A stretch of DNA of 57,839 nucleotides from the IMG/VR virus record IMGVR_UViG_3300042569_000835, positions 1 to 57,839 of that record; one strand, written 5' to 3'. The stretch's first letter is position 1; every line of letters begins with the position of its first letter. This document shows positions 17,519 to 26,458 of the stretch, in pieces. The stretch is from a virus (taxonomy: Duplodnaviria > Caudoviricetes). Made by a program: the position numbers and the translations under genes. A model generated the notes under the pieces. The model made no database searches, was not told where the DNA came from, and saw nothing but the letters and a program-made list of their open reading frames with translations.

Positions 17519-20131
17519 TTATAAACCCGATCGAGTAAACTCACGAGACAACGCAGCGGCGCCTACATTATTGCCAACAGTTGCTGATATATTTTGTGCT
17601 TGCTCTTCGCTTTGTCCTGCGGCGCGGGCCTGTAGATAAGCAGCTACTCTAGCTTCTTGTTGCTCTGCTCTAATATTAATGTTGATGGTTCTACCGGTGC
17701 CTGGTTCCGAAGGTGTGCTAGCAGAACTAGGTGCCGGTGCTCCTAGTGGGTCTTCGTCCATTGGATCAGAGTAATCAACTACACTGGTTCTTGGACGCTC
17801 TTCAAGTGAAGTATTGTATAGCATCTGTGTTTGCTTATTAACTGTTTCAGACCCGTCAATGAAGTCGTTTGATTGCCCTTGCAATCTCATCAACTCAAGA
17901 GTCTGCTGGAATGTTCCGCCTGAGAATTTACTGTTAACATATTGAACTTTATAGATTCCGCTAAACGGACTTACCCATTCCCCTTTAGGAAAATTGTATA
18001 GGCCGCCCCTTCCTGCTGTACCTAAATTTGGCTCAACTGGACTTCTCCAAGATATGTAAACAAAAATTTCGCTGCCTTCCCAATTCATAGATGAGTCTGC
18101 ATTAACTTGCTTGTTGGGTCCTTTCTCAGCAAAGTGATTGGAATTTAGTCCGCTGTCAGAAATAAAATATGGATCTCCTAAAATATCTATATTAACGTTG
18201 GCTAAATCTTTTGATCCAGATTGCAGAAATGCATGGTTAAATGCATCTGCAATTACTTGTTCAACTGTTTTATCACCAGAAGCCGTACCAGTAGGAATAT
18301 TATAATCAGGTTTAAGAGATGCGCCGCCTGAGGTCGCCGATACACCGCTAGCAGCTTCACCTGATTGCACTACTGCTTGATTTCTTTTCTCATCCGTGCC
18401 AGCATTAAGATCTTTGTTTGCAATAGTAGCATTGTTGTTTGGAGCGGTGGGCATCTGGCCTTGATACCATAGAGAGTTAAATTGAATATCAAATTTTAAC
18501 AGATCGTTGTTGGTACCAGTATAGATATAATCATATCTTTTGGCGATAACTTTATTTAATTTCGCATGACCGTCTGGAGCGGCATTAGGATTTTTAAATA
18601 CTCCTGCATTAACGTCATATGGCACTATCCTATAAACATATTTTTTAGCACGAACGTTTCGTTTGCTATCATAGTCTAATAATTGTATTTGACAATCTAG
18701 TCGATACCATTCAACAAATCCGTCAACAATAGCTTCGGGTTTGATTGCATTTTCTGCAAATTTAGAACTGAGAATAATTCTATGAATAACTTGACTTATT
18801 TTCTCACCTTGTGGAAAAGTAAAGAGTCTAAGATTAGTATCGATGGACATTTTTTCTTTATCTACCTTTTGACCCTTTTCGTCCACGACGTCGCTTTCAT
18901 ATTTAAAAACATAGTTTCCGCCAGACGTTGCATCAAATCCCATAGTGTTTTTATCAGCGCCAATTGGACCTGAACCAAAGTCGAGCTGTAGCTCATCTGA
19001 TGTATCGCCGATTTTCTTTGCTGTTTGTTTGTTAGGATCTGCTGTTGCTCGCAATACATCAGTAGATGAAGTAGATTGATCTACTCCAACAGGGTCTGAT
19101 GCATCGAGAGGAAACACAATTTGATAAACATCTGCTACTTCCTGTTGACCGTTTTTTACTGCTAATTGTTGTATTCTATTCAGTGCATTACACAAACTTC
19201 TCGACCCAGAAGATAAAATACTTTTGCAAGTTTCGCCGGTAATCGAAATTTCATTAGGTAATATATTAACTAAATCACTAAAACCAGAGTAATGTAACGG
19301 CATAGCTGTTATGTTATATCTGCTTCCGCCTTCGTCAACTTTAAACTCTACCTTGTTAATTCTAATTGTAAAAAATTTAGTTAGAGTTTTTGTTGATCCA
19401 AAAATAGCACCATTGTCTTTCATGCCTTTAAATTCTAACATTAACAAATAGGGAGTAACTTCTAGATAACTAGGATATCCGGCATTTACTGCTGCTACTT
19501 TTAAACTTTGCAAAAACAGACCCATTGAGTAAGGTTCGTATACATCAAAAGTAAAGTTAAAATTATTTGTGTTTCCGTCTTTTGCACCAGGGGCCACGTT
19601 GTGTTTCATTTGAACGTTATCAATAAAATATTCTGGCTTGCCATTTGTAGTATTTGTTCGCTGAGCATCGTATCTACCTGCAGACGATAAAATAACATTT
19701 CGTAATCCTGCAGGATTATTTCTATATGACTGAGGATTATTAAATTCGCTTGGTTCTAAACAGGACAATGTCCACACTGGTGAATAAGTGGCAAATTGTT
19801 CTAATACATTTTCATAAGGCGGTCCGCCGGGTGGGCGAATGAAAGTCATGGCAATTGGGGCAATTTTTGTAGGATCTGGTTCCCAGGACTGGCCTTTATC
19901 TGTAAGGATTGTTGCTCCACTAGTAAATGCTTTGGTAATCTGTCTAGCAGAACCAGTTACTATATTTGCTGTAGCTGATGCTATTTGTAATATAGGATTA
20001 CCATCAGGTTTTAAAAAATTGCTAGCCGTTTGGCCGATGTCTCTAGTATTTGTAGAAGTTGTCTGCGTATAGGCTGATCCTAATCTTGCATATTTTTCTA
20101 GGGGAGTTTCGCCTGAGCCAAAAATCGACAT
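17519..20131 (-). CDS. Putative baseplate hub protein (gp27-like)
   Basis: 870-aa ORF between the gp53-like and gp5-like genes; ILGDPYF and FSGIYKVQYVNSKFSGGTFQQTLELMR resemble the C-terminal barrel of hub proteins. Confidence 0.55.
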   Translation of the reverse strand: MSIFGSGETPLEKYARLGSAYTQTTSTNTRDIGQTASNFLKPDGNPILQIASATANIVTGSARQITKAFTSGATILTDKGQSWEPDPTKIAPIAMTFIRPPGGPPYENVLEQFATYSPVWTLSCLEPSEFNNPQSYRNNPAGLRNVILSSAGRYDAQRTNTTNGKPEYFIDNVQMKHNVAPGAKDGNTNNFNFTFDVYEPYSMGLFLQSLKVAAVNAGYPSYLEVTPYLLMLEFKGMKDNGAIFGSTKTLTKFFTIRINKVEFKVDEGGSRYNITAMPLHYSGFSDLVNILPNEISITGETCKSILSSGSRSLCNALNRIQQLAVKNGQQEVADVYQIVFPLDASDPVGVDQSTSSTDVLRATADPNKQTAKKIGDTSDELQLDFGSGPIGADKNTMGFDATSGGNYVFKYESDVVDEKGQKVDKEKMSIDTNLRLFTFPQGEKISQVIHRIILSSKFAENAIKPEAIVDGFVEWYRLDCQIQLLDYDSKRNVRAKKYVYRIVPYDVNAGVFKNPNAAPDGHAKLNKVIAKRYDYIYTGTNNDLLKFDIQFNSLWYQGQMPTAPNNNATIANKDLNAGTDEKRNQAVVQSGEAASGVSATSGGASLKPDYNIPTGTASGDKTVEQVIADAFNHAFLQSGSKDLANVNIDILGDPYFISDSGLNSNHFAEKGPNKQVNADSSMNWEGSEIFVYISWRSPVEPNLGTAGRGGLYNFPKGEWVSPFSGIYKVQYVNSKFSGGTFQQTLELMRLQGQSNDFIDGSETVNKQTQMLYNTSLEERPRTSVVDYSDPMDEDPLGAPAPSSASTPSEPGTGRTININIRAEQQEARVAAYLQARAAGQSEEQAQNISATVGNNVGAAALSREFTRSGL

Positions 20132-20132
20132 A

Positions 20133-20432
20133 TTATACTCCTATGTACTTTTCTAAGTTAGATTTCTTAGGGCAGTATATTGCTGTGCCTGGAGCAAAGT
20201 CATAAATTGGATCTCTTATCACGGTCATGTTTCGTTGAGCAAATACCCACCATAATTTTGGAGTACCGTATAAATCGTATGCCAATAGATCCGGTCTATG
20301 TTTATATTGAGTCTCTATGACGTATTTAAAATCGTCGGCTTCAGCAGGTACCGGCCGAATTGTCAACAATTCTAAATAAAAATTATTTTGTTTTGTGTTG
20401 TAATAGGGCGATAATCGATTATAAGTAGCCAT
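20133..20432 (-). CDS. gp53: Baseplate wedge subunit, gp53-like (LysM-like)
   Basis: YKHRPDLLAYDLYGTPKLWWVFAQRN motif. Confidence 0.8.
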   Translation of the reverse strand: MATYNRLSPYYNTKQNNFYLELLTIRPVPAEADDFKYVIETQYKHRPDLLAYDLYGTPKLWWVFAQRNMTVIRDPIYDFAPGTAIYCPKKSNLEKYIGV

Positions 20433-21595
20433 TAAATATATCCTTGTCCGCCTACTATCTGTCCGTTGGCGTAGCTTTTGAGATTAAACTGTCTTAATCT
20501 AGTTCTATTATATATTGGAGATACCGTTACTGATATTGTACTCATAACTGGTACCCATGTTGGTGCGCCACCACCAACTGGAGTATATTTGATATAGCTG
20601 ACATCATCTTTAAAGTCTACTGAAAAACTTTTTACAATAACAGGAACATTATTAAAAATTCTTGCACCGTATCCTGTTAAGTTACATATGATAGGCGGGT
20701 TGCCTACGTTTTCTCCTGTACCAAAAAACATCTTGGTTGCGGTTTTTAAAAACGTAGTACCCTCTATCCAATACTGTGCATCTAATTCGCTTTCAACTGA
20801 GAATTCTCCGGAGATTTGAATATCGTCAACTTGACTATTTTTATATGCATAGAACGGCTGAATGTTATGGACGGGGTCTATTTGTGTATAGTTGGCCTTG
20901 GTTGCAACTGTAATATTAGGCAAGTAAGGCCACACAAATCCACCTGTAGCCGACAGTCTAGAAAATGCACTACCGAACAGTCCAAAATTTGCATTTAGTT
21001 TTACTCGCCAGTCGTTGGCAGCACCCGGTTTAAGTTCAACGAAGGAACCCTGCTGACTAAATAACTCTGCGCCACTAGGAAGGTTCTTGCCTCTAGCCAT
21101 ACTTAATAAATTATTAATCATACCTGCTGCCGACGATATTTGTCCAGCAACCTGTGCAAGTCCTCCGCCAAGGCCGCCACTGGCTAATCCTAATTTGTTT
21201 AAACTTGCACCAATAGCTGCTCCGGTATTGCTTATCGACCCTGCTACTCCCCCTAGCTGTCCTGCAATACCACTTAATGTTCCTGTGGCGTTTGATGCTA
21301 GGCTTTGTATTGTGCTACTGACTCCGCCTAAGGCTCCGGTAACTCCGCCTAACGCACCAGTGGTTTGTCCTAATGCACCTTTAGCATCATTTAAAAAAGT
21401 ATTAGCGGATGCTGTCATACCGTTTAGGCCGGTGCCAATTTCACCACTTAGACGGCCAACAGTGGCATCTAGGTTAGATTTTAAAGCGGCAAAATTATCG
21501 CTTTTCAGTGCTCCGCTAGCAGCATCGGCCGCTGCGCTAACTTGTTCCGAGACCGACGAAACTAATTTTGCCAAAGGGTTGATAGATAAGGCCAT
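20432..21595 (-). CDS. Tail tube initiator / baseplate-tube junction protein (gp48/gp54-like) with Ala/Gly-rich N-terminal half
   Basis: C-terminal tube-like domain (WPYLPNI...ISGEFSVE...GNPPIICNLTGYG...VPVIVKSFSVDF); first gene of the baseplate operon. Confidence 0.55.
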   Translation of the reverse strand: MALSINPLAKLVSSVSEQVSAAADAASGALKSDNFAALKSNLDATVGRLSGEIGTGLNGMTASANTFLNDAKGALGQTTGALGGVTGALGGVSSTIQSLASNATGTLSGIAGQLGGVAGSISNTGAAIGASLNKLGLASGGLGGGLAQVAGQISSAAGMINNLLSMARGKNLPSGAELFSQQGSFVELKPGAANDWRVKLNANFGLFGSAFSRLSATGGFVWPYLPNITVATKANYTQIDPVHNIQPFYAYKNSQVDDIQISGEFSVESELDAQYWIEGTTFLKTATKMFFGTGENVGNPPIICNLTGYGARIFNNVPVIVKSFSVDFKDDVSYIKYTPVGGGAPTWVPVMSTISVTVSPIYNRTRLRQFNLKSYANGQIVGGQGYI

Positions 21596-21621
21596 TTTGA
21601 GTGATTATTCCTTGTATACTC

Positions 21622-21628
21622 TATTTAT
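21622..21628 (-). promoter_or_regulatory. Late promoter (ATAAATA) for the baseplate operon
   Basis: Reverse complement of TATTTAT, 27 nt upstream of the start at 21595. Confidence 0.7.
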
Positions 21629-21630
21629 TC

Positions 21631-21650
21631 TTGACAAAATATGCTATTAT
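21631..21650 (+). promoter_or_regulatory. Possible host-sigma promoter elements upstream of gp55
   Basis: TTGACA at 21631 and extended -10-like TGcTATTAT at 21642-21650, but the spacing between them is non-canonical. Confidence 0.3.
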
Positions 21651-21676
21651 ATTAACTACTGGAGAATTCTATAACA

Positions 21677-22543
21677 ATGACAATAATGCCCTCACAACCT
21701 CCTAAGATAAAGTATCTTACCAACAAGGATTTACTGAAAGAAATTCATCTAAGTAAAAACACCTATTGTTCCTATACTGATCCTGAATACGGAGATTACG
21801 ATTTAATAGTTCCAAATATATCTAAGATTAATATTAGAACAATTGCAGATGCAAAACGCAATCGAGCAATAAAAATGGGCAAAAAAGCTCACGAAATTGC
21901 ACAGTCTGGTGGAAAGAAAATTCCAGCAAAAGAGTTCGAAGTTGATTACAAAACTATTAAAAAAACTGATGTTGTTTTTAGAGTCATGACCTTTGAACAC
22001 ATCCCACTTGCACCGGGTCGTAAAAAGACTTTGAAAAATACCGCAGACAGTCATGACAAGGTAAACTTTCCTCCTTTTCAACACTGGAAGTTTGACGACA
22101 ATAGCAACCTTATATGTGTGGGCAAGAGTCATTGGAAAGGGCCGTTAGACACCGGATCGTTTAACAAAGAACACGGGCAAATGACTAACAATCTAGCTCG
22201 CATGTTTTTAAAACTGTGTGAGCGTTATGCTACTAGAGGAAACGTCCGTGGCTACACGTATAACGATGAGATGCGTGGGCAGGCAATTTTACAGCTTACT
22301 CAAATTGGTCTTCAGTTTGATGAAAGCAAATCCGATAATCCGTTTGCTTATTACACTGCTGCTGTTACAAATTCATTTGTTAGAATTATTAATATTGAAA
22401 AACGCAATCAAAATATCCGCGATGATATTTTAGAAATTAACGGAATGAACCCGTCGTGGACTAGACAAAATGCCGCAGGTAAAGGCGGTGCTAGCTATGG
22501 TCCGGTCAGCACAACTCCTGTAGATGGCGGTGATTGGGATTGA
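21677..22543 (+). CDS. gp55: Late transcription sigma factor, T4 gp55-like, with a large insertion
   Basis: YLTNKDLL and RGYTYNDEM...FDESKSDNPFAYYT...NSFVRIINIEK motifs; gp55-gp47-gp46 order as in T4. Confidence 0.9.
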   Translation: MTIMPSQPPKIKYLTNKDLLKEIHLSKNTYCSYTDPEYGDYDLIVPNISKINIRTIADAKRNRAIKMGKKAHEIAQSGGKKIPAKEFEVDYKTIKKTDVVFRVMTFEHIPLAPGRKKTLKNTADSHDKVNFPPFQHWKFDDNSNLICVGKSHWKGPLDTGSFNKEHGQMTNNLARMFLKLCERYATRGNVRGYTYNDEMRGQAILQLTQIGLQFDESKSDNPFAYYTAAVTNSFVRIINIEKRNQNIRDDILEINGMNPSWTRQNAAGKGGASYGPVSTTPVDGGDWD

Positions 22544-22569
22544 CCTAGTTGTTGTAAATGTGTTACACT
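22540..22569 (+). promoter_or_regulatory. Sigma70-type promoter for gp47-gp46
   Basis: TTGACC-N18-TACACT with extended TG at 22561-22562, followed by the AAGGAG ribosome-binding site. Confidence 0.6.
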
Positions 22570-22584
22570 AACTAAGGAGATTTT

Positions 22585-23595
22585 ATGTCATTATTCAAAA
22601 AAGTAGCTTGTTTCACCGATATCCATTTCGGTCTAAAGTCGGGAAGTCGCACACACAATCAAGATTGTGAGGATTTTGTTTCTTGGTTCTGCGATACTGC
22701 CAAAGCACAGGGTTGCGAAACCGCAATCTTCCTCGGAGACTGGCATCATAATCGTAGCACTACTGATGTCAGTACTATGAACTATACTGTGTCAAACTTA
22801 GAACGGCTAAGCCAGTCGTTTGAAAAAGTCTATTTCATTCTAGGCAATCACGATTTATTTTACAAAGACAAGCGTGAGATTAACTCTATCGAGTTTATGC
22901 GTCTGTTTCCTAATGTTGTTCCTATTAAGGAAACGCTAACTGAAGGCGATGTTACTATCATGCCTTGGTTAGTAGCAGATGAATGGAAAAACATTCCCAA
23001 TATCAAAAGCAAGTATTTGTTTGGACATTTAGAATTGCCTAGCTTCTATATGAATGCTATGGTACAGATGCCAGATCACGGACAAGTACAAAGCAGTCAT
23101 TTTATTAATCAAGAATATGTGTTTACCGGACACTTTCATAAGCGTCAACATAATAGAAACATTCATTATATCGGTAATGCATTTCCACACAACTACGCCG
23201 ATGCCGGCGACGACGAACGTGGTATGATGATATTAGAATGGGGCGGCAAGCCAGAGTTTAAAACATGGCCGGGCCAACCTGTTTATAGAACATATAAACT
23301 TAGTCAAATTATTGATAAGCCCGACGAACTGTTAAAAGAAAAAATGCATTGCCGTGTTACCATTGATTTGCCTATTAGTTTTGAAGAAGCAAACTTTATC
23401 AAAGAAACATTTGTACCTCAGTATAATCTCCGAGAGCTTATGTTAATTCCGGAGAAAGTTGAAGTTGATGCACAGTCTACACCTATAGACATTAACTTTG
23501 AAAGTGTTGACACTATTGTCATGAATCAAATTAATGCAATTGAAAGTGATGCATTTGATAAAGCTCTATTATTAAACATTTATAATAACCTATGA
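22585..23595 (+). CDS. gp47: Recombination endonuclease subunit (Mre11/SbcD-like)
   Basis: Metallophosphoesterase motifs TDIHFG, LGDWHH, LGNHD, GHLE, GHFH. Confidence 0.93.
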   Translation: MSLFKKVACFTDIHFGLKSGSRTHNQDCEDFVSWFCDTAKAQGCETAIFLGDWHHNRSTTDVSTMNYTVSNLERLSQSFEKVYFILGNHDLFYKDKREINSIEFMRLFPNVVPIKETLTEGDVTIMPWLVADEWKNIPNIKSKYLFGHLELPSFYMNAMVQMPDHGQVQSSHFINQEYVFTGHFHKRQHNRNIHYIGNAFPHNYADAGDDERGMMILEWGGKPEFKTWPGQPVYRTYKLSQIIDKPDELLKEKMHCRVTIDLPISFEEANFIKETFVPQYNLRELMLIPEKVEVDAQSTPIDINFESVDTIVMNQINAIESDAFDKALLLNIYNNL

Positions 23596-25370
23596 TAAAG
23601 ATTAAAGATTTAACTGTTAGAAACTTCATGAGTGTTGGGGCTCAGACTCAGGCTATCACATTTGATAAAGGTCAACTGACTCTTGTTCTAGGTGAGAATT
23701 TAGATCTAGGAGGCGACGATAGCGGTGCCCGCAATGGTACAGGTAAGACTACCATTATTAACGGACTCAGCTATGCTATCTACGGCACGGCCTTAACCAA
23801 CATCAAGAAAGACAACCTTGTTAACAAGATCAACAACAAAGGTATGTTGTGTACTGTAACATTTGAAAAAGACGGTCAAGAATATCATATCGAAAGAGGG
23901 CGTAAACCTAACGTACTCAAGTTTAGTGTTAACGGGCAAGAGCAGGCAACAGAAACAACCGACGAAGCACAGGGCGACAGTAGAGAAACACAAAAGGCCA
24001 TTGAAGAAGTATTTGGTATGAGTCATGAAATGTTCAAGCACCTCGTGGCATTGAACACGTATACTGAACCGTTCCTTAGCATGAAGGCTGCTGATCAACG
24101 GGCTGTTATTGAACAACTGTTAGGTATTACTCAGTTAAGTGAAAAAGCAGAGTCTCTTAAAGAAGCAATTAGAATCAGCAAAGACTCTATTGCAACTGAA
24201 AATACAAAAATAGAAACAATTAAAGCATCTAACGATCGAATTCAACAAAGTATCGAATCGTTAGAGCGCAAACAACGGCTGTGGGAAGAGCAACACGAAA
24301 CAGCTCTTACTAATTTGACCAAGGCAATAGAAAAACTTTTAGATATTAACATCGATGAAGAAATTGCCAATCAGAGATCACTAGTTGAATGGACAAAAAG
24401 CAAAAAGGAACGTGATAGCCTAACCGCTTTAATTGCCAAACAAACTAGTACACTAGAACGTGAACAAAAGAATTTAGACAAGTTAGAACGTGAATTAACA
24501 ACACTAGCAGATCACAAGTGTCATAGCTGTGGTCAAGACATTCACGATGTCAAGCATGACGAAATGATGACCGCAAAGGTCAAACAGGTCGAAGAAAGCC
24601 ACGGTCATATTAAAACGTATAGTGAAGAACTAAGTGAGCTTAACGAAGCTATTAGTTTAGTTAGTGAGCTTGGTGCTTGCCCAAGTGTCATTTACGACAA
24701 TCTAGAACAGGCACTAAATCATAAAAACACACTTAGTGGACTAGAGCGTGATCTGGAAGTAAAGGTTAACGAAAACAATCCTTATGTTGAACAGATTAGC
24801 GAATTGCAAAACACAGCGGTACAGGAAATCAATTATAATAATGTAAATGATCTAGTTAGAGTAAAAGATCATCAAGAATTCTTACACAAGTTATTAACTA
24901 ACAAAGATTCGTTTATTCGTAAGCGTATCATTGATCAGAATCTAGCATATCTAAATCAGCGATTGACCTATTATCTAGATAAAATAGGTCTCCCTCACTT
25001 GGTAGAATTTCAAAATGACCTAAGTGTTATTATTACACAATTAGGTCAAGACTTAGACTTTGATAATTTAAGCCGAGGCGAACGTAATCGCTTGATATTA
25101 TCAATGTCATGGGCATTTCGTGATGTGTGGGAAAATCTATATCAAGCTATTAACTTACTATTCATTGACGAACTAGTTGATTCGGGCATGGATGCTAGTG
25201 GTGTTGAATCTAGTATTGCAGTTCTTAAGAAGATGACCCGTGAACGCAACAAGAATGTGTTCTTGATTTCGCATAGGGATGACTTAACCAGTAGGGTAAA
25301 TCATGTGCTTAAGGTGATTAAAGAAAACGGATTCACTAGTTATTCAACAGATGTGGAGATTGTTGATTGA
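23592..25370 (+). CDS. gp46: Recombination ATPase subunit (Rad50/SbcC-like)
   Basis: Walker A NGTGKTT, coiled coil with CHSC zinc hook, signature LSRGE, Walker B LLFIDE, ISH motif. Confidence 0.93.
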   Translation: MIKIKDLTVRNFMSVGAQTQAITFDKGQLTLVLGENLDLGGDDSGARNGTGKTTIINGLSYAIYGTALTNIKKDNLVNKINNKGMLCTVTFEKDGQEYHIERGRKPNVLKFSVNGQEQATETTDEAQGDSRETQKAIEEVFGMSHEMFKHLVALNTYTEPFLSMKAADQRAVIEQLLGITQLSEKAESLKEAIRISKDSIATENTKIETIKASNDRIQQSIESLERKQRLWEEQHETALTNLTKAIEKLLDINIDEEIANQRSLVEWTKSKKERDSLTALIAKQTSTLEREQKNLDKLERELTTLADHKCHSCGQDIHDVKHDEMMTAKVKQVEESHGHIKTYSEELSELNEAISLVSELGACPSVIYDNLEQALNHKNTLSGLERDLEVKVNENNPYVEQISELQNTAVQEINYNNVNDLVRVKDHQEFLHKLLTNKDSFIRKRIIDQNLAYLNQRLTYYLDKIGLPHLVEFQNDLSVIITQLGQDLDFDNLSRGERNRLILSMSWAFRDVWENLYQAINLLFIDELVDSGMDASGVESSIAVLKKMTRERNKNVFLISHRDDLTSRVNHVLKVIKENGFTSYSTDVEIVD

Positions 25371-25597
25371 CCACAGAAAGCCACGACAAAATGATTGCTG
25401 CTTTTCAGGAATATTTTAAGTGGCAGGAACGATTTGAATACAAAGGCTCTGACGAAGCAGGCATTAAGGCAAGATATTGGCTCAGCGAAATACGCAATGA
25501 AGCCAGTATCAGAAGAGTAGAAATACAGGCAAAGCGTGAAGAACGCAAACAAGCCAGAAAAGGCATGATAGGCAGACCCAAGAAACTAACTAAGTGA
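25367..25597 (+). CDS. Small basic helical protein, Hc1 (histone H1-like) family-like
   Basis: TTG start overlapping the gp46 stop; FEYKGSDEAGIKARYWLSEIRNEASIRRVEIQ resembles the KGNxxAGxRAR pattern; basic C-terminal tail. Confidence 0.5.
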   Translation: MTTESHDKMIAAFQEYFKWQERFEYKGSDEAGIKARYWLSEIRNEASIRRVEIQAKREERKQARKGMIGRPKKLTK

Positions 25598-26026
25598 ATG
25601 TCATGGTACTATCAAGATCAACTAATCGAACACCTTCCCGAAGAATGCGTGGGATTTGTTTATCTTATTACTAATATTACCACTGGCAGAAAATACATAG
25701 GCAAAAAACTAGCCAAATTCTCCAAGACTAGCTATAAAACAGTAAAATTAAAAAACGGCACTAAAAAGAAAAAGAAGATACGTTCTAAAATAGACAGCGA
25801 TTGGCGTGATTATTACGGGTCAAACGTTGAATTAAGCAAGGACGTAGAACAATTAGGCAAAGAAAACTTCCGTAGAGACATACTATTTTACTGCACATCC
25901 AAGGCGCAATGCTCATATATAGAAGCTAGAGAACAATTCACCCACAAAGTTTTAGAATCAAAAGACTATTATAACGGTCAGATTTCTGTCCGTGTACATG
26001 GTTCGCATATACTCAAAGGCCAATAA
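25598..26026 (+). CDS. Stand-alone GIY-YIG (Seg-like) endonuclease
   Basis: GFVYLITN...KYIGKK, YYGS, ENFRRDIL, YIEAREQ (catalytic Glu) and YYNG; 142 aa, catalytic domain only. Confidence 0.85.
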   Translation: MSWYYQDQLIEHLPEECVGFVYLITNITTGRKYIGKKLAKFSKTSYKTVKLKNGTKKKKKIRSKIDSDWRDYYGSNVELSKDVEQLGKENFRRDILFYCTSKAQCSYIEAREQFTHKVLESKDYYNGQISVRVHGSHILKGQ

Positions 26027-26040
26027 TTCAGGCAATTTAA

Positions 26041-26348
26041 CTGCCAAATAAGCCCGCACCGGCGTTGTTAGTGTGCCCTTAAAGCTGGATCTCGGATCGC
26101 AGTCAATGGAATTCCCTACTTGGCAGAGGGGTTGTACAGTAGTATCCTTAACAGGACCACAATCGGATATGCCTACAGAACCGGTTTACTGTACAAGAAA
26201 GTATTATATCAAGGCTAAAGATGGGAGAAAAACCCACGGTTGTTATGCAAGACTGCGTTTGTGTAGCAATCCGCCGTCATTAATAAGACTTGGCTCGAGG
26301 TACCGGATGACCGCCTCTGTAATCGCCATAACGCCGTATGTACTGTGC
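26041..26348 (+). ncRNA. Candidate large structured non-coding RNA, family not recognised
   Basis: Closing helix 26060-26068/26328-26336; perfect 10-bp helix 26132-26141/26187-26196; 15-bp helix with four G-U pairs at 26237-26273; several short hairpins; 7-bp loop pairing 26098-26104/26251-26257. Boundaries approximate. Confidence 0.7.
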
Positions 26349-26427
26349 AACTCGCATAATGCTTCTTAGCCCGCAAGGGCTAAGTATGACTGAACAATCT
26401 GCATAATACTTAAATTGCTTCGCAATT
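26336..26427 (+). repeat. Two imperfect direct repeats (47-nt period), each followed by a hairpin
   Basis: ACTGTGCAACTCGCATAATGCTT (26342-26364) vs ACTGAACAATCTGCATAATACTT (26389-26411), 17/23 identical; hairpins at 26365-26384 and 26413-26427. Confidence 0.75.
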
Positions 26428-26458
26428 ACAATAGTCAACAATGTTTAGAAGAAAGAAA

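Noticed and set aside
124-21674. Short + strand ORFs opposite the baseplate genes (e.g. 2659-2982, 21087-21674)
   Set aside because: Antisense shadows of long minus-strand genes, favoured by codon bias and low complexity.
26132-26196. RNase P RNA resemblance: ACAGAACCGGTTTA is close to the conserved ACAGAACCCGGCUUA, followed by a P1-like helix
   Set aside because: No GAGGAAAGUCC element, and the enclosed domain is far too small; a cmscan would settle it.
26073-26369. 98-aa ORF in the track overlapping the structured RNA
   Set aside because: GTG start without a Shine-Dalgarno site and no recognisable motif; the sequence is better explained by base-pairing. Not excluded without comparative data.
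26336-26427. CRISPR array
   Set aside because: Only two degenerate units, the spacers are themselves hairpins, and there are no cas genes in the window.
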